Positions 1-12,900 of a stretch of 64,000 nt of DNA are shown piece by piece. The number at the start of each line of letters is the position of its first letter. Position 1 is the first letter of the stretch. Source of the DNA: a virus; IMG/VR virus record IMGVR_UViG_3300034108_000503, positions 8,272-72,271 of that record. One strand, written 5' to 3'. The notes beneath the pieces were generated by a model. That model saw nothing but the letters and a program-made list of their open reading frames with translations. It ran no database searches and was not told the DNA's origin. The position numbers were made by a program, and so were the translations under genes.

Positions 1-1
1 T

Positions 2-874
2 GCGAAGTACAGGTCCGAGTACGACGACATACAGACACGGATGGCGCAGAATGAAATGGAGCGGGCAAGAGCGGCAAGCGCTGGCAGGATTCTTCCGTTC
101 TCCGAGGCGGCGGCTATCGCTCAGGCTCAACTGAATGCAGAGCAGTATGGTGCCAGTCGTGGTCTCGTTCCTCTTCAGACGCAATCCTCTGCGAGCGCAT
201 TAAAGCTGGAGGGAGCGCAGGCAGAAGCCAGCATGGCGGATCTTCCGGCAAGGATGGAAGCAGAGCAGCAGCAGCGGATCCGTGACCAGCAGCGGTACGA
301 GTCAGGTGTTGACTCAAATTTCATGGCAAGGCTCGGTGACAACCCAGCCGCCATGTCTGTGTTTCAGGCGTATCAGGACGGTGGTCCTCAGTCTGCAATG
401 CTCACGCCGGAAGGAAGGCGCAAGCAGGCAATGATGAACGCCCTGAGCGTTTCGCAGTCGGCTCCGTACATTGAAGCTCTGGACTGGATGTCTCAGTCGA
501 AGCCCGGTATCCGGGAGCAGTTCGTCGAACAGATCGCTGACCCGGCTACAGGTCTTCCGATTGCTGAACGGCTCAAGCAGAACCTGACTCCTGCCCAGCG
601 GGCGCAAATGGCATCCGCGTTCAGTCAGTACAAAAGTCAGCGCACAAGGTTTGCCGAAGAGAAGGAGCAGCGGATTGCGAAGAGTCAGCAGGACGCAGAA
701 AAGCTGCGTGCATTCTACAGGTTCTACGAAGATGCCTCCAACAGGTACAAGGATGACCAGGACCCAGAGGCGAAGAAGGAGATGGACATGTACAAGAAGC
801 GCATTGAATCCATGATCGGTGACGGAGGATCCGGCGGAATGCCTTCCGGTGGTGGTGCCGAAGACTCGTTCTGA
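2..874 (+). CDS. Probable internal virion (ejection) protein, 5'-truncated at window edge
   Basis: Frame is open from base 2 (AKYRSEYDDIQTRM...). Q/A/E-rich helical composition; lies directly upstream of the giant virion gene. Confidence 0.55.
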   Translation, partial: AKYRSEYDDIQTRMAQNEMERARAASAGRILPFSEAAAIAQAQLNAEQYGASRGLVPLQTQSSASALKLEGAQAEASMADLPARMEAEQQQRIRDQQRYESGVDSNFMARLGDNPAAMSVFQAYQDGGPQSAMLTPEGRRKQAMMNALSVSQSAPYIEALDWMSQSKPGIREQFVEQIADPATGLPIAERLKQNLTPAQRAQMASAFSQYKSQRTRFAEEKEQRIAKSQQDAEKLRAFYRFYEDASNRYKDDQDPEAKKEMDMYKKRIESMIGDGGSGGMPSGGGAEDSF

Positions 875-921
875 TCAATTCATACTTGATCTATTCCTAC
901 TCTGACGGTAAGCCGTGAGGC

Positions 922-3900
922 ATGGAATCGATTGATGGAACTGGTCTTCCTTCCCAACCGCAGACGCAGCCGCAGGCTCCAAAGAAGTGGAGCGAGATTG
1001 AACAGGAGAGCCTGATCTACTCGCTTCCGCCTGAGCAGCGGATGCCGATCTTCGACCAGTGGGTCAAGGACACCCAGAACTATCAGCTTCAGGCTGGAGG
1101 ATTCGACAATCCGGAGTCCTTTCAGAAGTTCAAACTCAAGGAACTTCAGACCCGTCGCCGCCTCTCTTCCGAGATCGGTGCCGATCCGACTCCCGAGGAA
1201 GTCAATGCTGACTACGACAACTACGTCAACATCATCAGCAGCGAGCAGCAGAGGCTTGCTGCGAAGGCACCGGATGAGAAGGCGTACAAGGATGTCATCG
1301 ACGGAAACCGTGGCGCTGCCTTCGTGGGTGGTCAGATTGTATTCAATCCAAAGGTCACCAAGGATCCTACCGCTTATCGTAAAGCACTTGCAGAATCGGA
1401 TGCTCCTGATGACATCAAGCTGATCTACGCCGGGAAGCGTGACGAGGAGGACAAGAAGTCTGTCGTCACAAGACGCAATGAACTTGCATCAAGGGTCATC
1501 ACTCCGAAGGTTGCCGACAAGGTTGTCTCTGCAATCCAAGAAGGGAACGAGATCCTCGGCTTTGATGTCGGCACTCCTCAGTCACCTGCCATCGTCAAGG
1601 ACAAGGCTGGAACATGGTCTGTGGTTGATCCTGATTATGTGAACTGGGATGAATCCATTGTCGGTGGAATTGCCACCAAGGTTCTCCCTGCTGCCAATGC
1701 CCAGTACAAACCGATGCCGGAACTCAACGAGTTCCAGAAGAAGTACGGACTGACGGACGAAGAGATCCAGACCGACTACCTTGAAGCGCTCAAGCGAAGC
1801 GCACCGACATCCATTTCCCGCTGGGTCACCAATGCTGACTCGCTGGAGGACTACGTCCCCGTTCTCAACTCCAAAGTCAGGGTTCTTGATCCTGACGTAA
1901 AGCCGAAGGTCTTCGTGCCGAATGCGGATCTTGCCTTCGACAAGGAGGCTTACGATGCCGTCGTGGACAAGGCGAAGGCTCCGGATGAAGCAAAGGCTCT
2001 CGCCAAGGAAACCAGAACACAGATCGCTGAATCCATTGCGGCTCCGACATTCGACCTTCTCCTCCGCAACCGAGACGACTTTGCCCCGTATGCCAAGGAC
2101 GCAAAGGATCCCCAGGCGAAGGTCGCTGCTGTGTCCAGGTACTACAAGGACAAGAAGGATCAGGCGTGGTACAATGACATCGGTGAGTTCTTCAGCCAGG
2201 GCATCGGCGGAATCGGGACCGGACTGACCAGACTGGTGAATCTTGCGAACGTGGTGCCTGCAATGTTTGGAGACGTGGAAGCTGCTGAACGTGCTGCCGC
2301 AGTCCAGAAAGCCGAAAACGAAAAGGCGCAGGCCGCTGAGATGGTTGGCAGCAGGATGGGTGCGCCAACTACCATCAAGCTGACCCGTGACGTTGCTGCC
2401 GTCCTTCCGGATCTCGCGGCTCAGATTGTGATCTCGATGGCTACCGGAGGTCTCGGTGCTTCCGCTGCTGCCGGATCTCTTGCAGCCAGGACCGGGGTTT
2501 CATACACCGCTGCCCGTGGAGCGATCAGTGCTGCCATGGCAAACGCCGAACGAGGTGCCGTCAGGGCTGCGGTTTCAAGGATCCCCAGCATCGCCGCTGG
2601 TTCCGTGGATGATCTTGCTGACGCAGCGATTGCTACGGCAAAGCAGATGTCGTCGAAGAATCCTCTCAAGGGAGGACTTGGTCTTCAGCAGGCAGTTTCT
2701 GCCGCCACTGCCGGGATGAGCAGCATGGGAGGAACATTCCCCGAGGTGTACAGCCAGCTTCGGAATGAAGGCATGGCTCCAGCAAAAGCGCTGGATGCAG
2801 CAAGGAATGCTGCCGCAATCTCCGGTGCCATCACCGGGTTGATCACATACGGATTCTCTGCCGCTGGTGCTGGTGGTGCCGAAGACATTGGCACGATGAG
2901 CCAGCGCAAGGCCGGGGACTTTACTGTTCGCGACTTGGTTGCTGCCGGACTTCCTGATGTACTCAGATCTGAATACGGAAAGCAGGCAGTCATCAAAACT
3001 GCGAGGGGAATCCTCGGAAAGGCTGGATCGGAAGGATTGGAAGAAGGCCTTGATCAGTTCATCGGCGGAATTTCCCAGTACCTCACTAACCCGTCAGCAG
3101 AAGCGCAGGACAAAAAGGTTTCGGACATCATCCAGGAGTCGCTCTACGCTGGCGCACTTGGATTCATTGTCGGTGGTGGTGCTGCTGTCGGTGGACAGAT
3201 CAGGCAGACTGCCGGGGGTCTTACTGCCGCTCAGATTGAAGCGGAGATGGCTGGACTCACTGGTGCGCCACCCGCGCCACCTGCACCTGCAACGCCGCCG
3301 CCACCAGTTGCTCCTGCTGCCGCACCTCCTGCTGCTGGTTCAACTCCACCTGCGCCTGCCGCTCCCGGTGCTGCTGCCGTTCCGCCAAGCCCAGCGCCAC
3401 CACCAGCAGGTGCCGCCACTGTTGTCTCGCCAACCGGAACGACGACGGTATCCACTGCCGCGCCAAGTACCGTTGTGTCGGCTCAACCTCCGGGTGCAAC
3501 AAGGCTTGCCACTCGTCTCGCGTCTCAGTTTGGAGTGGACATCACAACCGTCACTCCGTCCGGGGCAAACAACACCGTCACGCCGAATGACATCCGTAAT
3601 GCTGCTCGGCAAAAGCAATTGGCAGAGGCAGAACAGAATGGCGTTGCGCCTCCTGAAGAACTTCCGCTTCCTCCACCTCCACCGAATCCGCTGCTCAGTG
3701 AAGCTGTCGGCATGCAGATTCAGTACGAAGGCTACGAAGGCACGCTGATTGATGACGAAGGCAGGCCCGCCTTGCAGACACCGGATGGAACGGTCATTGA
3801 CATTCCGGCCACGTTTCTTGCTGACGAGGCAGTGAATGCCCTCGGCATTACAGTCACCGGAGATGCAGCGCAGGATAGAGCAGAAGTGCTTCGCATGTAC

Positions 3901-6900
3901 GGCGAAACGGAAGGCGAGGCATTGCAGATTATCTTTGGCGGCATCACGACGGACACTGATTCCGTTGTCGATATGGCTGAACTCGGCGTCTCACTGCTGC
4001 AACGCAAGGGACGCAAGACAATCAGGGTGCAGAACACACCAGAGTTCGCACGCATGGCGAGGGGAATCACGGACGAACAGATCCTCCTTGCCGAAGAGCA
4101 GATCACTCAGGCAATTGAAACCACTAGAACCCAGACGGGAATCCCAGATGACCTCAAACAGAAAATCACAGCCAAACTTGAGGGAGACCTCAACATCCTC
4201 TCCCTCTTCATCGAGTCCCGCGACTCTTGGCAGAACGGACTCGTTCCTCGCGACATTGGCGTACCTTCGGAAACAAGGCAAGCCACAGCCGCAAGCCAAG
4301 CCCCAGCCCAGCAGACAAACCCCGCCGCAGTAAACGCAGCGTCAGTTGCTGCTGCCGTATCACAAGTTCCCGGCGCATCAATCACTGGTGCCGCGCTCCA
4401 ACAGGCAGCGAATACTGCTCCTCCGGTTCCTGTTGAGGTACCTCCTGCTCCTGCTCAACAGCCAGTTGAAGCTGCTCCCGCTGCGACACCTGCCGCCCCG
4501 ACCGTGGTCGAAGAGCCTGCTGCGGAAGCGAAGGCAGTCACCCGCGATGCGACGAAGCCGGAACAGATGACGAAAGATGAACTTTCGGCATTCAGAAAAT
4601 CTGAGGCAATAAAAACAGCTAAAGATGATCTTTCAAAAGCAAAAGACGGAACAGATAATCCGTATGCGTTTGGATTCAAAAGCAAAGCGGCGCTAGTAAG
4701 GGCAAGAGAAGATGCTTTACAAAAAGCAACATCGGAAGATCAAGACCCTGATGTTTTCGGAACTGTCATTGAGGCGGCAAATCAAAAGCGCCCAATATTT
4801 GCCGGATTGATTGACTCTCTGAGTGATGTAGACCGGACAATTTCTCCCGGTCCAATGGGAGAACCAGGCGGTGTTGTGCGATCTGCAAGGAAGCAATTGA
4901 TCGACAGTATTGAAGAAAAAGGATACGTCAAAGAAGGTGACCTGTATGTTTTCAAAGGAGAAAGCGAAACCGCTTCCGTAAAAGCAACAGAAGAGCCTGC
5001 CGTGGAAGCTCCGGTTGAAGCGACCGTGGAAACCAAACCAACAGAAGCACCAGTCGCTCCGGTTGAAGCTGCTACTGAACCTGTAGTCGAGCCTGCCGCT
5101 CCGAAGGAAGAAGCCCCAGCCACTGCCCCGAAGGCAGAGGCACCAGTCGAAGAGCCGAAGGCGGCGGTTGATATTGAGTTCGTAGAGGGAGACGCAGCGG
5201 AAGACGCTGATATTGTCTTTATGGTTTACAGCGCAAATAACTATTACACCCTTTGGTTCAAGCAGAAATCCAAGGACAAGACAGCAAGACCAGTTTATGT
5301 AAAGAACCTACCATCAAACGAGAAGGATGCTTTCTCTGAAGCAAAGCAATACGCATCAAAAATTGCATCAACAGGCAAAATTCCGCAGGCTTTTGTCGGG
5401 AAAATTGATGTATACAAATTCAATACTGTCGGTCTCATCGACAAAGTTGTTGAAAGAGAAAAGCTCTCAACTCCAGTTTCACGGAATCTTGGTGATTCAG
5501 AAATCAGGTACGGCGAGTACGCTGGCAAAACAATCAATCAACTTTTGTCCGGCGAAGAAAAGGAATTCGATTACGTTTTTTCCAATCTGATCAAAACCAA
5601 CTTCTTTTCCAGCTACATTGCATCTCTGCCTGAGTTTGAGATCTTCAAGCAGAAACAAAAAGAGAAAGCCAAGCAAGTAGTCACAAGCGAAAGCAAGGCG
5701 GCTCTCAAAAAAGTTGGATTGAATGTATCAATCAACGAGGAAAGCGGGGAGATTCAGATCTCAGGCAAGACATTCGCATGGAGAGAAAAGCTCTCTTCCG
5801 TAAAAGGAAAATTCAACTATGAAGACAAATTCTACTCAGTCACCCCAGAAGGATACAGACAACTTGCAGAAGAGATTGGAGGAATTAAGGTTTCTGATGG
5901 CGGATACGAGCGAGGCATCCCGGCTTATGTCACAGATGAAAGATATCGAAGACTTCGCAGAGAACGAGAACAGGATCCTGACAGAAGCGGACTACCTTCC
6001 GCTCCTGGACAGTATGTCTCGGTAGGAACACAAGATCTTCTCCGCAAAGGAGAGGAGTCCGGAATGCCTTCGTTTGTTATTGAGGAACAGATTGAAGATG
6101 TTGCCTTGATCAAAAGGGCATACACCGAAGGCAAACCTTTGTTCCTTCTTTCAAGCGAGCCGGGTTCAGGAAAAACCTACGTTCTTGGTGCAGCGATCAG
6201 GGAATTGATTGCCGCTGGCGCAAAGAAGATCAATTACATTACTCTTAACGAAAACCTGATTGAGCAAATCAAAGCGGATCTTGCTGAGTATGGAATTCAG
6301 GATGTTTCGTTCTACACATACGACAGCATCAAAAAGAAAGATGTTGGCGAAAGTGATGTTTTGATTTTTGATGAAGGTCACGCAATCAAGAATATCGGGA
6401 AAGGAACCGGGAGGGCAAAGAAAGGCGAGAACTTGATTCGCAGATCAAAGTTCACATTGGTTTCTTCCGCTACGCCATTTGAGAACCCGCTTGAGGTGGA
6501 GTATCTTGATGCGGCAGGTGTCTTTGATGACAAGAACGAATTCCCGGAGGGGTTTGATGACTTCGTCTTGGCTTTTGGTGGATACGTTTTTTCAGTGACT
6601 GACTCAAGAGGAAACACGGTAAGTAAACTGGAGTTTGCAAGAAGCAAAGGATCAAACGAGGATCTCATGCAGGCCCGCGAGTTCTTCAGAAAGCGAGGAA
6701 TGCTTACTACAAGAAGAACCAAGCTCGACAGCAGCATGGTTGATGTTCAGCAAAAGAAAGTCCCTGCCGACAAATATTACGTTGATATTTTCAACGCCAT
6801 CAACAAAGCCAAGGAAGACAAACAACTTACCGTTTACGCGAGGCAGTGGTTCGTCAACTTCCAGAAACGACTTCTTGAAGCGTCAAAGATTGACTCTGCG

Positions 6901-9900
6901 ATAGGTGAGGCGAGGAACGCAATCGACGAAGGAAGATACCCAATCATTTTTGTAGAAACGAAACAAGCAAAGGATTTCGATATCGACAAACTCGTAAAAG
7001 ATGAGTTTGAGTACCAAAGGACAGTCGCAAGAGCGAAGATGATGGATGACTCCCCTCCTCCTCGTTCAGCATTTGATCTTCCTCCTGAAGGTGTTGTTGA
7101 TGTTTTTGAAGAGGCAGTAAAGTCCTTCAAGATCAAGAATATTTCAATTCCTTCAATCAACGACAAGATCATATCGGCTTTTGGGAAGGAAACTGTTGCG
7201 TTCTTTACTGGAGATTTCACGGACCTTCAGGCGAAGAAGAATCTTTCCGAGTGGAGGAAGGGAACCAAGAAGCTGCTCGTCGCCACAATGGCAAAGGGTG
7301 GAACTGGTCTCTCATTGCATGACAAATCCGGTGATCATCCAACAACGCAGATCAATGTAAATCTTCCATGGTCGGCAACTCAATTCACACAGGTGGCCCA
7401 AAGATCCGCTAGGTACGGATTGAGATCGAAAGCCAAAATGATGTGGCTTTTCACCGACGAGATCGATTTCGACAGGAAGCTCGCAAATCTTGTTGGTGGA
7501 AGAATTCAAAGCATGAGCGCTTTGGTTGGCGGAAAAGAAAGCAAGATCGGAGAGACTCTTGAAGAGTGGAATATTGCAGACACGACTGACTCTGAGCGCA
7601 AGGACGTTAAGCCGACAGAGAAGCCAGCAGAGACAGCAGATGGATCGCCGGATCCAAATGCCACCGATGATCTGAGTGTTTCGCGAAGCACTGGTCTTCC
7701 GTACACTCCCGGAGAAGCACGCAAGGCAGGTGTCACCCGAATCGCCAGCGACCTTGGGTTGGTCAACGGGAACCAGGAATCTGTCTTCAGCGCTCTGGAG
7801 AAGATCTCTAAGTCCGGCAACCGCAGGCACAGGAAGGTAGCCAAGGATCTGCTCAAGGTTCTGCAAGGCACTGATGTGACCGTCCAGATGATCTCAGTGG
7901 ATCCATCCAAGAACGGATGGTTCGACCCGGCAACCGGAACGGTCTACCTCAACCTCGATGGGCCGCATGAAACTGGCATCGTCGAGACGCTGCTGCATGA
8001 ACTGGTTCACGCCGGAACCGAGAGGGCAATCAGCAATCCGGTCACCCCGGCGCAGAAAGCATTGGTGGATTCGCTCCAGAAGCAGATGGATTCCGCAAGG
8101 AAGGCGGCAGCGGATCTGATCAAGTCCAAGCTAGGCAAGGACGTGGATCTGACCAACTGGCGAGGACTGGTCAATGCGGCGAGGATGCTCAATGACTACG
8201 ACTTCTTCGACGTGGTCTACGGTCTCTCCAGCCTGAGCGAGTTCGCAACCCATGCGACCACCAGCAAGGCGTTCCAGAAGTTCCTGAGCGGAGTCGGCAA
8301 GGATGGCAAACCGCTGGGTCTGTTTGATCGCTTTGTCCGTGTGATTGCCAAGTACTTCACCGGGCAAACAGACATTGCCACTGATGTCTACAACGACATC
8401 ATCAGCCTCATTGGATCTGCCGACAAGGGATCGGTGCGGATGCCGAACATCAACCGTGAGAAGTTTGGCGGGTTGGTTGGAAAGCCTGCGTCCGAATCCA
8501 GAGGTGTCACTCCTCAGATGGATGCGGAGTATATGTCCGCCGTTGAAGGCGGCGACACCAAGACCGCACAGAGATTGGTGGATCAGGCTGCGAAGGCGGC
8601 TGGGTATAATGGTGATCTTTGGCATGGAACAAAATCTGAAAAAATAGGTGAGCTTTCCTTTGATGAATCAAATGAAGGATTTCATATCGGAACCAAAAAG
8701 GCCGCCGCAGAAAGACTGAAGTACATAAATAAAACGCTTCCAGAAATGCGGCAGTCTAAGGATAACCTAATCAAAGTTTCAATAAAAGGAAACTACTTGA
8801 CTGTTCCTGATGTCGGATACGGATATCTTGTTGACTGGATTGGAGCCGCTCAGGATGCGTTGCCAGTTGAAGGCCAGGAGATTGATGATCCATTCGATGT
8901 TACGCAGGAGCAATTCACTGAGTGGCTCATGAAGAATGGGTACTCTGGGTTGAGATATGTAAACGAAATAGAAAATGCAGGAAGTACTAGTTATGCTGTA
9001 TTTGATTTTGGTAGCGTGAAATCAACTGAGCCGATCATTAAGGACGACGCTGGTAACGTCATCCCGCTCTCCCAGCGCTTCAATCCTCAGTCTCCAGATA
9101 TTCGCTTCTCCGAATCCAGAGGCATCATTGACCAGCAGCTTGCGCTCTACGCTCCGGACCTCAAGGTCTTCGTCGAGCCTGGGGTCAAAGATCCGATTGC
9201 GTACAATGGCATCGGCCTTGTGATCAACGAGGAAGCGGTCAGCGAGATGGACGAAGACGACGTGCGCCTCCAGACCCAGCGTGCCGCTCTTGCGTCGAGG
9301 TTTGCCGCTGACAACCCGCTGGCTGCGGATGTGATCCAGAAGCCTGACCTGCTGTTCCCTGCGCTCATGGGTGATTCTGTGCGTGCTGGAGTGGCGAGAT
9401 CGCTGATGGATGCCAGTCGCTTTGCTGCCGACAATGGGATGCAGCCTCTTGCGATGGATCTTGGGACCAAGGCTGATGCCTTTGGAGCCACCGGGATCAT
9501 GCTGTCCGAGGCGAGAGGAGTGCCACCTGATGGAGTCAGAAGGTTTGATCTTGTGGATGCTGTCCGCGCAGCAAAGGCTGGCGAAGCGTCCACTCCATTT
9601 GTTGCCCTGAACGAGGCGATCAACGCAAACACCGAACTCACGCGACGGATCAGGGCTGAGAGTGAGCGGAGGAAAGCACCATACGCCAGAGGCAAAGGAG
9701 CGATCCTCCAGCAGATCATCACAGCAGGTAATTCCGGGCGTCTTCCAAAAGAGGCAATCAAGCCAATCACCGACTTTGTGAACTCGGTATCGGAGAAGGC
9801 TCTGGAGGATACGAGAATCTCACTGTCCGTAAAGCCAAAGAGCAGCACATTCGATTTCACGGAGTCCCTTGTGACTTTGGCTCTGAACGGTCTCGGTTCT

Positions 9901-12900
9901 TCTCCGAATGAGATTGACCGGACTGCTGTTCATGAATTCTGGCATGGTCTCTCCCGCTTTATTCCCGATGAGGAAATCGAGAAGATGCGCGTTGATTACG
10001 TCAAGTTCGTCAAGAAATACATCGCCAAGAATCCGTGGTTCGTTCCGTTCATTGGAAGGACGCACTTGAATGAGGATCAGTACGACGATTTCTCCAGGAT
10101 GCTGTCCAAAGAGGAGATGGACTCAATCCCGTGGAAAGAATGGGAGACTCTTGATAACGGGAAGCGGGTGCGCGGAATCAAGTGGGACAAGGAGAACTAC
10201 CGTCTCTTCCGCCTTGATGAGTGGGTGGTTGAAACCATGGCGGATCTGGTGCGCCGAAAGCAGGAAAGACCAACGACTGTCCTTGGTAAGATGGCTCGCC
10301 TGATCCGGGACTTCATTGACACGCTGAAGCAGGCTCTCGGTGATCCGTACCTGCGTGCGCTGGATGCGATGACCATTCCGGACGAGGCGTTCAATGCCGT
10401 TATCGAAAGGGATGGTCCAATTGAAAACAATCCTCCCGTGATGTACGGAGGCGTAGCCGAAGGGATGAACAATCAGTTCGTCCTCGGAATGTACGCTGGC
10501 GAGAAGTCGCTGGAGAATATGCCAGAAGAACGCAGGGCGTTCATGCAGGATTCCCTGAATTCAGCAAGAGCAATGGCTGCGGCTGGCAAGACAAGCGAGG
10601 AGATCCGTGCTGTGACCGGATGGTTCCCCGGAAAGTACGACGGCAAGATGCGGTGGGAAGTGCCGGATAATGAAGCGGAACTTAGGCTTTCTGAATACAG
10701 ACAGAAAAGAAAGGACGGAAGCTCACAGGAGGATATTGTCCGTGAATTTTTTCAGGCAAAACAGCAATCCGCAATGGAGCTTGCATTAAAAAAAGCATAC
10801 AATCTTAAAGGCAAAGACTTGATTGATTTTAGCCGTAGGTTTGATTCTGAAAAGAAAAAAGAAAATCTCGGGGTTTATTCGTTTTATCTAAATGAGGAGA
10901 ATAGAAGCCGAGGAAGAATTCCTCTCAGCTATATTCTTAAGCATGATCAATTGTTTGATCTGTACCCAGAACTTAGGTTTATGCCAGTGTCGTTTAATGC
11001 AGACGACATGGAGGCAAGTCCATTTGCCATTGGCGCATTCAACAGTAGTTTTAATGGAATTTCACTAAATCCAATATATGCTTTTGAAAATGAACAGGAT
11101 GCTTTATCGACTGTTCTACATGAAATTCAGCACGCAATTCAAAAAACGGAGGATTTCGCAAAAGGAGCATCTCCGGATTCATATTTGTTTGCTGATGTTG
11201 CATATAAGGATTGGCTTCTCAGGGCAGAGCTTGTCCAGCTTTCAGATGAAATGAACAAGCCGCTATCTGAGGCTGTTGAAATGTATAAACCATTCCCTCA
11301 AGATTACGAATCATTGCAATCAGCACTCAAGGCTTATAATTCAGATAATGATTTCAAGGATTCCGTTTCAGTAAATATTAAATACTGGAAACCAAGGGGT
11401 TCTGTAAACATGTTTGATGCGTACACAAACACCGCAGGCGAAATCGAAGCCCGTGATGTTCAGGCAAGGCAAGCATTGACACCCGAGCAGCGTGCCGCTG
11501 TTGCACCATACAGCAGCGAGAACATCGCTCCGGAAGATGCGATTGTCAGCTACTCAACCGCCAGAGGCTACACCCCGGCACCCGGCACATATGTTGCGGT
11601 CCCATCCAGCGGATGGATGGCGGCGACCGGATGGATTGCGTCGAAGTTCAGATCCAGAGGCAACCTCACTCAGGCTGGGCTTGAGGTCACGATCATGAAC
11701 GAGCAGGAGAAGAAGGCGGCAGCAAACGCGGCACGCTTCCTTGGCAATAATCTCGGCAAGCAGATTGAGAAGGTCTTCGGAAGGACCGAGAAGGACACCA
11801 AGAACTTCCGGGTGTTCACGACTGATGCCAGCGGCAAGCCCTCGTTTACCAGACCGTATGCGTCTCGGGCCGAGGCCGATGCCTTTGCTGCGAAGATGGG
11901 GTACACCGACTTCATGGTAGCCACCCCGGAGGAACTGATGAACATCGCCCTCGGGAACAGCATGCCGTCGCTGACTCCGAAGCAGGAGGAGGAGCTTGAA
12001 GCTATTCGCGAGCGCGGGATTGCTGCCGTTCAGGCGAAGACCGACAAGCTCACCGAGCAGTACCTCCGCGATAACGCTGCCCTGATTGAGAAGATTCGCA
12101 AGTCCGGCGGAACTGCTGCGGAACTCGACAAGCTCAAGGACAATCGTGAGATCTTCCAGAAGGAGATGCTCAAGTACAACGATTCCCTGAAGGCTCTCTT
12201 TGAGGAAAAGTACAAGGAAGTGAACCGCAAGTTCATGCTGGAGAACAAGGAGAAGTTCCTTTCGCTTCAGGCGAACGCCAAGATGTTCCTGCCGGATTCC
12301 ATCCTCAATGAAATCGAAGAAGCCAGGGCGGCTATCGACGGCAGGTCCAGGGAGATTGCCGGGATCGACTACCTGATGAAGGACGGCATGATGCGGATCG
12401 TGTTCTCAGCACAGGAGGGAATCTACGTCACCCGTGCATACGAGGCGTTTGAGGCGAAGAATCGTGAGGACTACGTTAACTTCCTGAACGAAGCGTACCG
12501 CTCCACGGTCGAAGGCGAGATGGTTGGCGGTAAACCGCTGAAGTACCGCGAGGTTGCGCGTGAGCGGATCACTCCGCTGGTGAACGTCCTCACCGGGAAG
12601 ATCATTGAGAAGCGGGCAAAGGACATCATTGCGGAGCAGAATGCTGACATGGTCAGCGATCTCCGTGATGAGATGAGGATCATGGATGAGAAGTCCATGT
12701 ACAAGAAGGACAGGAAGGACAAGGAGATGGACATGTACTTGTACCTGAGCGACGAGTACATTCTGGTCAGGGCAAAGAATGAAGTGAAGCGCAGGCGGGC
12801 GCAGTACCGCAGGGAGTTCATCCGAGGGATTGCCAACTACCTCGTCAGTAATCCCGCCCTTCTCAGCCTTCCTGCTGGTGCAGGGAAGAAGGAGATCCGT

